The notes under the pieces: model-generated
Databases searched by the model: none
Told to the model about the DNA's origin: nothing
The model's input: only the letters and a program-made list of their open reading frames with translations
Program-made: the position numbers and the translations under genes
Assembly: GCA_951406725.2 (NCBI GenBank)
Contig: OX597822.1
Span: 25,420,001 to 25,484,000 of the forward strand
Length of the DNA: 64,000 bases
Direction of reading: 5' to 3'
Source: Octopus vulgaris
Taxonomy: Eukaryota
Shown here: piece by piece, positions 14,140 through 28,375 of the stretch
Layout of the letters: every line of letters starts with the position of its first letter
Numbering within the stretch: the stretch's first letter is position 1

Positions 14140-14468
14140 GTGAAGGCGCATAGCTCATTGGTTAGAGCGTCGAACTTACGACAGTGAGTTTGTGAGTTCG
14201 AATCCCGGACCAGGCTGCGTGTTGTGTTCTTGAGCAAGACACTTTATTTCCCGTTGCTCCAGTTCACTCAGCTGTAGAAATGAGTTGCAACATCACTGGT
14301 GCCAAGGTGTATCGGCCTTTGCCTTGGATAACACTGGTGGCACGGAGGGGGGAAGCCGGTATGCATGGGCGACTACTGGTCTTCCATATACAATCTTGCC
14401 GGACTTGTGCCTCGGAGAGTAACTTTCTAGGTGCGATCCCATGGTCATTCGTGACTGAAGGGGGTCTC
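14140..14468 (+). mobile_element. tRNA-derived CORE-type SINE, family D
   Basis: TAGCTCATTGGTTAGAGCG..GAGTTCGAATCCC head and TGTGTTCTTGAGCAAGACACTT. Homologous to 59254-59600. Confidence 0.85.
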
Positions 14469-14579
14469 CGAAATCCGTTAGGAACTTGGCAGAGAGCAGT
14501 ATGAAGCTCGTCCACCATCAGTATTACCCATAAACTCCGTGTATGAGTCCGCACGCAAAGCTCCAGGTATGTATATATA

Positions 14580-14897
14580 TCTATTATATAAAATCCGCTC
14601 TGTCTGTCTGTGTGCGTGTGTGTTCTCTAGGATCTCGGGCATCCTCCATCCGATTGCGCTCAAATTTGATATGTAGATACCGGCGGTATCAGGGCGTGTA
14701 TAAGTCTTGAAAAAATTACAAAAATCGATTCCAGGTGAGAATGCGGTCGATAAAGCATATTTGTGTGAATAAAATCGTTTTTCTTTTGAATAGAAAAAGT
14801 CTACCTTTATTTCTCCTTTTGCTGGTGTCTCAAATTTAAACTTAAAATCAAGTATGCTAACAGTCACACACACAAAAAATGCATGCTGCTATGCTAG
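14580..14897 (+). mobile_element. Non-autonomous Helitron
   Basis: A|TCTATTATATAAA start, (CTGT)n near the 5' end, end GCATGCTGCTATG-CTAG|T. Confidence 0.6.
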
Positions 14898-15034
14898 TCT
14901 ATAATGAATACTCAATCTATTAAGATGTAAAGATAAATATGTCGATTTTGGCCCTGAAGAGATTTCTGCCTTCGGAACTCATAATGCAATTATTAATTGT
15001 ATAATAAATGAAGGTAGATATTGATATACAAAAC

Positions 15035-15193
<159 letters not shown>

Positions 15194-15720
15194 CATGTCT
15201 GTATATTTGCATCTATACATATGATATCTATATCTATACCTATACATACATGTACCTATATATACATATATAAATATGTATATTCATGTGTGTATGTGTG
15301 CATATATGGGTGAGTACGTGTGTGTGCATGTGTGTGTGAATGCGTGTTTGTGACTTATAAGTAAATACAAACTCAGACACGAGCACCAATTTATGTACTA
15401 GTATAGGAACATTGGTGAATGTAAGCACAAACTCACAAACAAGCATTAATACACCTTAGACAAACAGATTTAGTATTTTCTGGCTAGACATCCGTTATCG
15501 CATGGTGTTGCATTGTGGTATACAAATATAACAGTTTGATGAAATGCTTCAGAATCCACAGAGAAATCTGCTCGCATTATCGCATTAGAGGTGCTAGAAC
15601 ATTCTCTCTTGTGTTCAAGTGTTTTCTTCACTGCTTTTCACTTCCTGTAGTTCTTCTTTCTGTACATTTTTGTTATTTGCGAGTACATGTTCACATGTGA
15701 ATGTGTCTGAGATATGTTTG

Positions 15721-15775
<55 letters not shown>

Positions 15776-16127
15776 GTGCGTGTGTGGATATACACACACA
15801 TATATATATATATATGGTATATGTGTGTGTGCGTGTGTGTGAGTGTGTGTGTGTGTGTGTATATATGTAAAGATTCGCACTTGTACACAGGAATATATGT
15901 TTGTCTGCATATATACATATAAATTTGTGTTTATATATATATATATATATATATGTGTATGTGCGTGTGTTTGTGTGAATATACGTATATGTGCGTGTCT
16001 ATATATATACATATACATACAAAATGTATATATGTACACTTATATACATATATGAATGTTTTGTGTGTATGTGTGTGAGTGAGTGAATGTTTGTATACAA
16101 ATAAATATATATGTAAAGACACGCACT

Positions 16128-16171
<44 letters not shown>

Positions 16172-16500
16172 CGTGTGTGTGTGTGGATATACATATATAT
16201 ATATGGTATATGTGCGTGTGTGTATACATATACATATACATACAAACTGTATATATGTACAGTTATATACATATATGAATGTTTTGTGTGAGTGTGAGTG
16301 AGTGTATGTATGTGTACAAATAAATATATTATGTAAAGACACGCACTTGTACACAGGAACATACGCGCCAACACACACTAGCATTTATGTATAGGTGTTT
16401 ATTTGTCATTTTGTTATTTTATATACTCGCCGCCCAAAGGTGTACAAACGCTACGCTCTACCGTATATGTTACCATATACATGTCTGTGTATGTGAGTTT

Positions 16501-16540
<40 letters not shown>

Positions 16541-16941
16541 TTCTTTTTCAGTCTTTTGTTTTGGCCTTCAGTGCCACTCACAGAAATGCATATCCCACCC
16601 ATATAAACATGAATCAATCGAATGTTTGCAGAATACCTAACAGGTATTAACTTTGGAACATAAGGGAATATAATGGGAAATATTATGCACGCATACAGAC
16701 TCGCATATACACACATACACATATATACACACACATACACGTGTGTGTGTGTATATATAGATGTGTGTGCGTGAGTGTACGTTTATGCGTGTGTACATGT
16801 ACATACAGGTATGTATATTTACATGCATGCATATATATACATATGTATGTATGTGCCTATATATGTTCATACACACAGACACACAGATACACACATATAC
16901 ATATATATATGCGTGTGTGTATGTATGTATATATATATATG

Positions 16942-16986
<45 letters not shown>

Positions 16987-17592
16987 ACATATATATATAT
17001 ATATAAACGTGTATATATATATATATATATGTATGTATAGACATATATAGGTATGTACATCCATATGTATGGAGATATGTAAATATATGTATCTGTATGT
17101 ACACGTACACACACACACACACACTCACACACACGCACACACACAGAAAGGAACATTTTTATCATAGGTCGTCTTGTAACACTCTTTAATCCTCAACTGA
17201 CGTAGCAAAACCATGTATTTCCGGTCACAAAGCGACTTCTCTCAAAGGTGTTAAGCCGGTATCTTGTCGAACAAATATTATGAATACGTTGAGTGTGTGT
17301 GTGTATGAGGGTGTGTGTATGTGTGAATGCGTGTGTATGCATGTGTGTGTGTTTGTGCATGCTACGTGTGTATGTTGGTGTGTTTTACATTTACCCACGA
17401 GCCAATACTGGGATCTCCTCCTTGTGCCATCATGACTACAAATGTCCCCAGGGGAGATTAACCAGACAGGCATTATGTCCTTGTTATGAGATTTCCGCGA
17501 GAGATTATAAAAAATCATTCTCCGTTGTCTTCACTCGTGCCCCAGCATGGTTACAGCCTCTGGCTGGAACCAGTAAATGATAAAAGGCACAC

Positions 17593-17635
<43 letters not shown>

Positions 17636-17639
<4 letters not shown>

Positions 17640-17845
17640 ACTTATAAACAAGGACAAAAGAAAAAAATTCTAATGCCAAATATGCCGAAAATAGAGAAAT
17701 TGTCAATAACCATATAATTTATCACTATAAACACGCGTCTCGAAGTAAGCCGACAGAAATTTCTAAAGAATTCCGTTATTATCGTATCGGTCCCAATTTC
17801 AAAGTTAATTCATAAGAATTTTCTCCTCGTCAGCGATAAATACGT
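17636..17845 (-). mobile_element. (TA)n-associated repeat family with degenerate hammerhead-like motif
   Basis: Homologous to 24215-24360 and 32915-33045. Minus strand reads ATTTATCG-CTGACGAG..(long)..CGAGACGCGT..AGTGATAAAT. Confidence 0.45.
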
Positions 17846-18409
17846 AAGACATAAATGAAATACTTACTCATACCATGGAAGAAGCAAGCACTAAGTCATG
17901 AGCAGACCTAAGTGCTCCAAATATATCCAAAATAGAAAATCTCCAGCACATCTGGAGACACGTGCGAACTGAAAACTCTCACAGAGTGAGAGAGTCCGAT
18001 TCATTCGAATATATATATATATATAATGGCGCAATCAAGAAAGATTAGAAGCGTGTTATAACCAGCGATGTATAACAACATCTGATAGTCTAATCCAATG
18101 CAGTGATACAGTAATACATGCACCCATACATCTCTCCTCTCATCATTCTTGTTGTGCCCACTCACTCCGCCAGATCCCTCTCTAGCACTCTACCCAGTCC
18201 TTTACCCAAAATATCAGCACTTTGGAAATCTTTTCCTCTGCTCTTGTGTTTCATGCAGGTGTCGCCTTGCATCAGTTTAAATGGAACATTGATGGCATGA
18301 AGCTTTCCCGTCTCACAATACCTGCAAAGACAATGGACCTCGTCCTCCAGACCGAACAATCAAAATAAATAAATAAATAAATAGATAAAATTTAAATTCT
18401 AGGCCTATA

Positions 18410-18626
18410 CGAGGGGAGCTCAAATGTTCCTGGCTTTCGATAAAATAAAATAAAAGGAGGATGAGTTAATTATGATTTTATTCAACATATTCCCCTCTCA
18501 GCTTCACACACTTATTGTAGCAGTCTTCAGTCCTTATAAGCCCTAAAAAAGAACTCGGAAGGTTTGGCTCCCAACCAGGCCTTTCGTGATACCCTTAAAT
18601 CCAGGAACTTTTCAGCCCCCCCCTCG
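18410..18626. mobile_element. Mariner-type MITE, family G
   Basis: TA|CGAGGGG..TTCCTGGCTT TIRs..CCCTCG|TA. Homologues at 31424 and 35041. Confidence 0.82.
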
Positions 18627-19054
18627 TACAATAATAGACCTACAAACTGATAGGTATTTTACTTCAACAGGACAATATTTGCATGGTTTTGACTGGAACA
18701 AACCTGTTCAGTTAAACAGAAAAATGATTTGAAAATTTTAGTAAGTGTTGACCTCACCCCAATAAAGGTCTTTATATTGAGATGACGGGTATATTCGTAA
18801 ATAAGGACATGTCTATGAATGCATGCATATATGTATGCATCTGTGGGTATGTATAAACACTTCCAGCTATAGTCAATACTTACATTTTATGCTTCAAAAG
18901 TATGCGTACACGTATATACATAGGGAGAGAGAGGGGGAGTTGAGTGGGGGACGAGATAATCCGACCTAATTCATCGTATCCACGAAACCACTTATTGCTG
19001 TCATTATCGTCGTTGCTCTCATTGTCATCTTCAACATGATCAACACCATCATAG

Positions 19055-19207
19055 CCGTGCACCACTGCCACCACTACCAGTACCACCACGACGAAGACGA
19101 CGACCAAGACTACGACGACCACCACCAACACCACCACCGCCGCCACCACCACCACCACCACCACTGCTACATCATCATCATTATCATCATCATCATCATC
19201 ATCATCA
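19055..19207. repeat. (CAC)n/(GAC)n/(CAT)n compound microsatellite
   Basis: Seen directly. Confidence 0.9.
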
Positions 19208-19929
19208 AAATTAACAAATTTAATTTGTCATTGCAAAAGCCATTTATTTTCTTTATGTCAATACAAATGAACTCAATTCTCGTTCTCACCTCAGTATAGA
19301 GACACAAGATCACTACTTGTGAATATCTGCTAGACTTTTATTCTGTTTGCTAACTGCATTATCGGATAATACGGCAAAGGAACCATAGGTTGTACTGTAT
19401 TCTCTTATATCTATGTTTTGAGTTGAGTTCAAATTCTGACGGGTGAGCGGCATATAGGGTTTCATAAGATAAGTACCAATCTTCCTGGCGCCATCATATC
19501 TACAAACGTCCCTTGGTCAGACTCCTCTGATAAGCGCTATGGTATTTTTATGGCAGAATATAAAAATTATTTCCGTTGCATTCCTTCAGTTTTTCCTCTT
19601 GTTTTTTGTTGTTTCGAGGCATTATATTATCTGATGAATACAGAGTTCTTCACATCTGCCCGGATACTCAGACCGTAAAGAATTGGGACAAATACTGCTA
19701 AATTATTTCGCCCGATGTCCTAACAATTCTGACAATCTGCCACCAGGGTTGGGAACTTTGTTTTATCAGAAGACTGAAGGATACAAGCGACTTATATATA
19801 CCGTAAAGCATTATGCCCGATGCCCTAAGAATTATGACAATCCACTGTCCGGCTCTGGAACTTTATTTCATCGGAAGACTGAAAAACAAAGCTGACTACA
19901 GTAAGATTTGAACTCAGAATACATACCTC

Positions 19930-20136
19930 TCTCTTTTACTTGTTTCAGTCATTTGACTGTGGCCATGCTGGAGCACCGCTTTAGTCGAGCAAATCGACCC
20001 CAAGACTTATTCTTTGTAAGCCTAGTACTTAATCTATCGGTATCTTTTGCCGAACCACTAAGTTACGGGGACGTAAACACACCAGCATCGATTGTCAAGC
20101 AATGTTGGGGGGGGGGGCACAAAGACAGACACACAA

Positions 20137-20178
<42 letters not shown>

Positions 20179-20337
20179 GTATATACATATATACGATGGG
20201 CTCTCAGTTTCCGTCTACCAAATCCACTCAAGGCTTTGGTCAGCCCGAGGCTATAGTAGAAGATACTTGCCCAAGGTGCTACGCAATGGGACTGAACCCG
20301 GAACCATGTGGTTGGTAAGCAAGCTACTTACCACAAC
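19930..20337 (-). mobile_element. SINE family A
   Basis: Reverse complement of 2593-2990. Confidence 0.88.
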
Positions 20338-20344
20338 AATTCTA

Positions 20345-20595
20345 GTGAAGGTGCATGGTCTAGTAGTTAGGGTGTTGTACAAACTGTCGCAGCATCATGG
20401 TTTCGATTCGCGGACCGGGAGTTGCATTATATTCTTCAGCAAAGCACTTCATTTAGCGTTGCTCCAGTCCACACAAATTATAAATAAATAACTCTGCAAC
20501 GGACTGGCCTCCTGTGCAGGGCGAATGGTACAACCTGGTCACTTATACGCCATGGAAACTGTGTAGACAACTCTATGAGTTCTAGGACTCGAAAT
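20345..20595 (+). mobile_element. Diverged tRNA/CORE SINE (family D-like)
   Basis: GTGAAGGTGCATGGTCTAGTAGTTAGGG..GGTTTCGATTCGCGGACCGG..TTCTTCAGCAAAGCACTT. Confidence 0.6.
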
Positions 20596-21789
20596 AGTTA
20601 TGTCCAGAGGTTGATGAAGATACTGATGATAACGATAATATTCCATTTTATTGATCAGAGAAAGATGAAAAGCAAAGTTCACCTCGGGCGAGGATCCCCT
20701 CTCACAACATAGAAAGCAAACTAAATTAACACTGTACGCCCCAATGATTCTGCATATTCTCTACCTTGTATAATCGCGTATACTCTACCAAACACTCACC
20801 TTTTGTGCTTTCTTGCTTACTTTCTTCACTGTCATTCCTTTCGCCCTATTTTTTATATACAATCTTTATAAACTATCAATATCTATAAAGCTGAAATGCG
20901 AAAAAGTTGTTTGATTTCTTGGTTATTTGTCTCATTTTGGGATGGGAACGGATTGGCGCCAAAATTTACACTGGGGGGGGGGGGTAAAATGGGGTGGGCA
21001 ATGGTGTGAGGAGGGTTGTAAGTCGCTCGGGGCTACCGTTTGGTTGCCATAGTGAGGAATATGAGAAAAATTGAATTTTATGGGATAGACAGGTTGCACT
21101 GTTTGAATAATGGTGGCTTTTCGTTTTGCTGCAGGGGCTAGAGGCGGTTATCTTTAATTGAGGGTATAAAAATTTGGGGAGTATTGGAAAGGGGTGGTGG
21201 TAAAGAAGAGGGCAATAAAAAGAACCAGACAAAGAAGACGATCAAAAGAAGAAAGGGAAAAGGAGACAACACGCACAAAACAACACCACCACCAAAACCG
21301 AGTGAGCACGGGTCAAAATAGCGAGTCTTTTATATACTTTTAAAATCTCTCTAAACTTTTTTTATAATGAATAACACACAAGATAATGTTGTCCTAGATA
21401 CATTATTCCTAAAGTAGAAAAAATAACCGAGAAAGAAAATGGTTATATTAAGAGCTGCATTGAGTCTGAAAATAACAACAACAAATAACTTATTTGCTGG
21501 TGTTTGCTGGTGTCCGCCAAACATATAGTAATTCATGAAGGGTATGCAGAACAACGAGAATCCAGATAGTAAAGTATCAATTCATTCTTAATACGTTCTG
21601 GCAGATTCTAACCCACTTTGAAAACCAGTTCTAAAGGGAAGAGGTATTCTCCGATGATGAAACGCAACAGCAATCAGATATTCACCTAATATGCCAGAAT
21701 GCATTAGCAATAAATATGTTATTTTCTTGGTCTCTCGCTATTCTGCTGGCGCTCCAAGAATTATTATCTTCAGCTAGTCATGCTTTTAG

Positions 21790-22045
21790 TGTAGGCACAA
21801 GGTTTGAAATTAGGGATTAGGTGTCAGTCAATATTATCGACTCCAGTATTTGATTGGTCCTTCAATTTATCGGCTCCAAACAATAACTTATCGTACATTC
21901 TGGTAGTCACCAGCACGTATCAGCAAATAACTTCACCGCTCGGGTGGAATGAAAGGCAAAATTCACCTCGACGAGGTTCGAGATCAGTTCCTAAATAACC
22001 AGAACAAAAATACCACGAAGCATTCTTTCCGATGCACTTAATAAC
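21790..22045 (-). mobile_element. Diverged SINE family B
   Basis: ATCGACTCCAGT..AATTTATCGG..GAATGAAAGGCAAA..ACCTCG. Confidence 0.5.
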
Positions 22046-22231
22046 TGGGATTATTGTATGTTTGCATATTTTTTTAGTCGTTCCTTATGTATATTGTATG
22101 TAGCCTTTACATCTCTTGTTACATTATAACTTGTCCGCGTCTTCACCACGTTATATTTTTTGGTAGCACCATTATTTATTTATTTTTTGTAATTGTCATA
22201 TAAATTCAGTTTTACCAAATACAAAAAAAAA

Positions 22232-22284
22232 CCTACTACCAAAAAAAGCACTACTACTACTACCAACAACACAACCACAACTCT

Positions 22285-22363
<79 letters not shown>

Positions 22364-22490
22364 ACTACTACTACTACTACTATTACTTTTACTACTACTA
22401 CAACTTTTACAGTTACTACCACCACAAGCACCACTACCAACACCACAACCACTACTCTTCTCAAAACAACTACCACCACCACCACCACCG

Positions 22491-22521
<31 letters not shown>

Positions 22522-22750
22522 CACTACTGCTACTACTGCTGCTGTTGCTGCTGCTGCAGTTGCTGCTGCTGCTGTTACTACTACAACTACTACTACTCCT
22601 ACAGCTACTACCAATACAAGTACTACTACCAGCATCACAGGCACTCCCACCACCACCACTATCACCACCATCGCCAACACCACCACCGCCACCACCACCA
22701 CCACCGCCGCCGCCGCCGCCGCTGCTGCGCTGCTACTACTACTACTACTG
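22232..22750. repeat. Compound trinucleotide microsatellite (ACT/GCT/ACC/GCC)
   Basis: Seen directly. Produces spurious poly-Thr and poly-Val ORFs. Confidence 0.93.
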
Positions 22751-23535
22751 TTTATACTGAACAATAAATATGGTTCCACACGCTCTGCATGGAAGGAAGG
22801 AAGGAAGGAAGGAAGGAGAAATGCAAGTCTGTTGTGAACCTTTTGTTTCGCTGGTCGACGGCAGCAGCGATCGTTTGAAGAAAACCGTGTCGTGAAGTGC
22901 TGACAGACAGGATCAGGGATTAGTGAGACTTGCTTTACAGACCTCGTCTAATCTCGATTATCCCGACAGGCGCATTAAAACTGGCGTTTCCAAAACTTTT
23001 ACCTTTCCTGTACTTTGTGTTCACATGTGTGCGTCAATGTATACATGCATGCATGTGTGTATGTAGTCATTTGCGTGTGTGTGCGTGCGTGCGTGCGTGC
23101 GTGTGTGTGTGTGTGTGTGTGTGTGTACGTGTGTTTGTGTGTGTGTAGTGTTTCGTGATTCTTTGTATGCATTGACCGCTCTTATGTAAGCAGTGTGTAT
23201 AGCTCCGCCATGTTCCAGCAGATTATTACAATAGCGCGTGTCTCCGAGCATGTGTGCGTTTATGTGGAATTCAATATGCGCGTGCACACACGTATATGCC
23301 CACGAATGCATACACACACATGCACACACACGCACACTCTCCCATATGTGTGTGTGTGCATGTGTATGTGCTTGTGTTTGTCAGCACTTGCCCGTGTGCG
23401 TTTTGCGTATTATGTTTTATTGCACTATGTAGTTTGTACATATATCATACATATGTATATGTATATATACACACACATACGTACATACATACATGGACAC
23501 ACACACGCACGCACTCACACACACACGCACACACA

Positions 23536-23577
<42 letters not shown>

Positions 23578-23599
23578 CACACACACACACATATATATA

Positions 23600-23797
23600 T
23601 ATGACCGCGTGTGTATCGTTGGCGATTTTCTTTCTCCGTTTTCCCTTCCTTGGACCTTTCCTTTTTCTGTTTCTGACGAAGAGCTCCGATCGAAACGTTA
23701 GTTCCTCCTTCTTTCTTCCTTTTCCTGGGCGTCCAATAACACTATACTTGTTCAACGTCCTCATGTTGTTGTGTTTTCTCTTTGTTCAAGTTTAGAT

Positions 23798-23802
<5 letters not shown>
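23600..23802 (+). mobile_element. Hammerhead-bearing family H copy 2
   Basis: CTGACGA-A-GAGC(TCC)GATC-GAAA-CGTT at 23673-23699. Ends AGATTAAC-(TA)n. Confidence 0.62.
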
Positions 23803-23840
<38 letters not shown>

Positions 23841-24090
23841 AGGGAGATCGGGTGAAAACGACCTTTCTCCAGCATGCTTGAAGTGCCTATACCTTCACAA
23901 ACTACAAAAAACTCCAGCTAAAATATGCGCATGGCTGAAATCGGGCTAGAGAGAAAAATCAAAAAAGACCTCACGTTAATTGTGAAGTGGTTCTAATTTC
24001 TGGATTAAAGCAAAGAAATAACTTTTTTCCTTCGTCAACACATACTGGCTACTTTTTAAAAATCATTAACGTGAATTTTATCCTTATATT

Positions 24091-24134
<44 letters not shown>

Positions 24135-24703
24135 CATACATCTAATATAGGATAAAATTTTTCGAAAAAAATTCTATGAATGGCCAGCATATTAAAAAAT
24201 ACCTTTAAAGGTTAAATTTATAAACAAGGGCAAAAGAAAAAGATTCTAATGCCTAATATGCCGAAAATAGACAAATCGTCAATAACTATATAACTTATCC
24301 CTATAGAATTAGTGATAAATTATATTGGGATTTTTTTCCTTTGCCCTTGTCTATAAGTTGTATATATATATATTTTGTATTTGTGTATGTAGCGAAAAAT
24401 GAGCTAAGAGAAATAACTGAGAGTGGTCAATGGTGAGCATTTGAACAACAGAGACGAATAAGAATGTATTAAATAACATAGAAATTCTTGATTTATTGAA
24501 TCAATAAAACTGCTATCAATAATTTGCGAGCACTTGGTACCGACTTCGAACGGGATGAGGAAGTAAGCAAAATAATTAAGAATTCACCAAAGTTGATATA
24601 TTAAAGAAATAGTAGTCCGACAAGAGGAGAGCAGTGAATGTGTGTTTCCTCAATGGGTTTCCTCAGCACAGCAATCGTGCTATCTTATCTTCAGCAGACG
24701 AAG

Positions 24704-24736
<33 letters not shown>

Positions 24737-25332
24737 AAATGCACACATACAGAAGACATGCACATAGATATTCAAGAACACAGACACATACACACACACG
24801 CGAGCACGCGCACACATGCGGGCAGACATACTCATACGAGTACACGTACAAACGCGCACACACACAGACACACAGACATTCACACACACGCGCAAACATA
24901 CAGCGCACACACGCCAACGCACATAACAACAATGTTTAAATGCTGAAAAGAGAATTAGATAAAAATTACTTGTGAAGAAGAAAGAGATTAACAATTAACG
25001 AATTTAAGGGGCCAAGAAGTCGATCGTATAAATAGGGTCAATTAAGGGTCGCTATATTATTCAAATAATTATGTCATTTAACATGATCGTGTTTCTTGCT
25101 TACGCTCTTTAACAGATTAAACTCAAATTCCTGCTGATATTTTAACCTGTCCAATCTCCTTTTTAATTGCTTGTAGAGGACACCGTATTGTTTTTTTTTT
25201 CCAAACATAATATACAATTAAGCATATTGAAGATTTGTAAGTCAACAGTGTGTCATATTTTGTGTTAGCAGTGCGTTGTTTCCAATTTATTATTTTTATG
25301 GTTTAACTCTACAGATTTTCAATAGAAATTAG

Positions 25333-25725
25333 GGGACTTTTCGGTTTGAACGGTAACTAAAAAATGTTAAACTTCGTATACTGGTAGAATGTGTTTATAA
25401 AACATTTTTTCTCTTGGCTTTATTGAAAAAATTCTATAGTTTGTAAGATATTTGGTTTTTTTTTTCTTCAATTTCTGCAATTTCAACCAATCAATGACGT
25501 CTATTGAGGTGAAAACATTCTGTGCCGTATGAATATGTCCTTCGTTTAAGTAACAGATTGGGTTTATTTACATTTGTGAAGAAAAAAAGATACCCTTCTC
25601 CCTACCCCTAACCCTAATCCTAAAACAAATTGAAATGCAATAGATCGATTCTAAGGTCATAATTATGGGTGACAATTTCATATGACACCGCTAGAATAAA
25701 CTGCCGTTCAAACCGAAAATATCCT
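25333..25725. mobile_element. MITE family E with internal (CCCTAA)n
   Basis: TIRs ..CTTTTCGGTTTGAACGG / CCGTTCAAACCGAAAA. CCCTAA-like units at ~25600-25623. Confidence 0.85.
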
Positions 25726-26040
25726 CTTATTTTTATGGTTTATCTTTACAGATTTTCAATAGAAATTAGAGCCAGCGCTACGTTACAACTTATCATATAC
25801 GAATTCGACAATGCAAGTAATGTAATCAAAAATAGAAAAATAGGTAATGGGGGTTATATGCATATTTTTTAACCATCCACGAAGACATTGCTTTTAAACA
25901 ACCACCAAGTTTAACGTTATAACACTATCGGATCGACCAATTTTACATATTAAACATCAAGTATATTAAATGATTTATAAGTGAATACTGTGTTAGCAGT
26001 TTAGCAGTGCGTTGATTTCATTTTTTTGTTTTTTAAGTGT

Positions 26041-26207
26041 AGGAGTTGCTGTGTGGTAAATAGCTTGCTTACGAACCACATGGTTCCGGGTTCAGTTCCA
26101 TTGCGTGGCACATTGGGCAAGTGTCTTCTACTATAGCCGCAGGCCGACCAAAGACTTGTGAGTGGATTTGGTAGACGGAAACTGAAAGAAGTCCGTCGTA
26201 TATATGC

Positions 26208-26291
<84 letters not shown>

Positions 26292-26518
26292 TGTGAGTAT
26301 ATGTTTGCGTGTCTGTATTTGTCCCCCAACATCGTTTGACAACCGATGCTGGTGTGTTTACGTCCCCGTAACTTAGCGGTTCAACAAAAGAGACCGATAG
26401 AATAAGTACTAGGCTTACAAAGAATAAGTACTGGGGTCGATTTGCTCGACTAAAGGCGGTGCTCCAGCATGGCCACAGTCAAATGACTGAAACAAGTAAA
26501 AGAGTAAAGAGTAGAAAG
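26041..26518 (+). mobile_element. SINE family A with expanded internal (TA)n
   Basis: Matches 2593-2990. Confidence 0.88.
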
Positions 26519-26791
26519 TATCTCTACAGCTATTCTATAGAATTTAGAGCCATCACTGAAAGTTACGATGTTTCATATGCGAAAACGCCTAATTAAACAA
26601 TACAGTCGAAGACAGGAAATTGGGTTTGTATATGCATATTTCAGGAGTTCTTACTCTTTCCTCAGAACCACATTCAACCCATCAACCATCAACTAATACA
26701 TTAGTTAAACATCCACTAAGTTTAGCGTTGTAACACTACTGGACAGACCAAATTTACATATCAAATACCAAGTATATCAAAGATTTATAAG

Positions 26792-27195
26792 CAGGGCCGG
26801 TTTCAGATTCATCGAGGCCCTAAGCACTTAAAAGATTTTGGTACCCCCATAAAAGATTATGTAATTCAAAATATAAACAATACGAAACCATAAAATAATT
26901 TTTTTTTTCAAAACGAAACAAAACAGTAAGAGGGAAAATAATGCTTATTTTTGTATACATCCACTTTATTTATATTTGAAAAGTTTCCTCCTACTTTTTT
27001 GAATTGCAAAGTCTTCAAAATTAAGCTCTCCATCTATACTTAGTAAAAATAAGGGCAGCCCGAATGTCATTTTAACAAGTTTAAAGTGATTTCTTTTGTG
27101 CCGTAAACCATTTACCATTTCTGTGGTGCCCCCTCCCTTCCTCCCTTGATGCCCTAAGCACGTACTTATTTTGCATAATGGTTAATCCAGCGCTG
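26792..27195. mobile_element. hAT-type MITE
   Basis: Imperfect TIRs CAGGGCCGG../..CCAGCGCTG and a perfect 8-bp TSD TTTATAAG (26784-26791, 27196-27203). Diverged inverted relative at ~56290-56630. Confidence 0.88.
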
Positions 27196-27411
27196 TTTAT
27201 AAGTCAATACTGCCATGACTTATAAATCTTTGATATGCAAAATGGAATAGTGTCCTTACAAACAATTTATGTGTACATTAAGCTGTCAGGAATGTGTTTA
27301 ACGTAAAAGTCGAAAAAGGTGGAGATGAGCTGAAAGAGAACACGAAGAAAAAAAAAACCCAGAAATTACAATACGAGAGAATCTATAAAAAAGAGGGAAT
27401 ATAAATAAGTC

Positions 27412-27637
27412 TTTCTATTATAGGCACAAGGCCTGAAATTTGGGGTGCGGGGTCAGTCGATTACATCGACTCCAATGTTCGACTAGTATTTATTTTATCA
27501 GCCCCGAAAAAAAAAATAAAATGAACGGCGGTTTGAGACCTTGACAGAATTTGAACCCAGAACATAAATAGCCGAAACAAATACCGCTAAGCATTATTTG
27601 TCGGATTGCTAACGATTTTGCCAGGTTATTGCCTTCG
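27412..27637 (-). mobile_element. Diverged SINE family B
   Basis: AGTCGATTACATCGACTCCA..TTTATCAGCCCCGAAA..GAATTTGAAC..ATACCGCTAAGCATT. Confidence 0.65.
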
Positions 27638-27949
27638 AGAGTATAAATAATAGAGTATAGAAGATAACAGAGAAAGTAGACAGTGAGTGAAAGAGAGAGT
27701 GAGAGAGAGCGACAGAGAGTGAGAGAGAGGGTGAAGAGGAGGAGAAGGAAAGTTAAAAACGACAAGAGAGGAGAGAAATAGAGGGAGTGAGAGAGATGGT
27801 GAAGAGAAAGAGAGGGAAAGCTAGATATAACAAGAGGGGAGGGGAATATATAGAGAGAAATAGGGAAATAGTGTAAGAGAGAGGGAGTATGTTAGGATAG
27901 AGGCAACTGAGAAAGCGAAAATTGAAGATGGTGTAAGCAAGAAACAAAG

Positions 27950-28375
27950 TGCGAGAGAGAGAGAGAGAGAGGGACAGGACGAGAAAGAGAGAGGGGACAG
28001 AGCGAGCGAGAGAGAGAGAGAGGGACAGAGCGAGTGAGAGAGAGAGGGACAGAGCGAGAGCGAGAGAGAGAGGGACAGAGCGAGAAAGAGAGAAGGACAG
28101 AGCGAGAAAGAGAGAGGGACAGAGCGAGAGCGAGAGAGAGAGAGAGAGAGGGACAGAGCGAGAGAGAAAGAGAGAGAGGGACAGAGCGAGAGAGAGAGAG
28201 AGGGACAGAGCGAGCGAGAGAGGGACAGAGCGAGCGAGAGAGGGACAGAGCGAGCGAGAGAGGGACAGAGAGAGAGAGAGGGAAGAGAATGAAAGACGGA
28301 GAGAAAGAGAGAGTGAGGGAAGGACAGAGGAAGTAAGGGGAGAGAGGGAGAAGGGTAGAGAGAGAACACGAAGAA
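27950..28375. repeat. Purine-rich minisatellite (GAGAGAGGGACAGAGC)n within a GA-rich tract
   Basis: About 11 recurrences of GGGACAGAGCGA separated by (GA)n. Confidence 0.93.

Noticed and set aside
14140-14215. tRNA genes (also 30124, 45222, 59254)
   Set aside because: The tRNA-like heads continue into shared SINE bodies and lack a proper acceptor stem and terminator.
18100-18360. Possible RTE LINE C-terminal remnant (minus)
   Set aside because: Motifs too decayed to support by eye.
22180-22837. 214-aa Thr-rich mucin-like ORF
   Set aside because: Entirely trinucleotide microsatellite, open on both strands, non-ATG start, no signal peptide.
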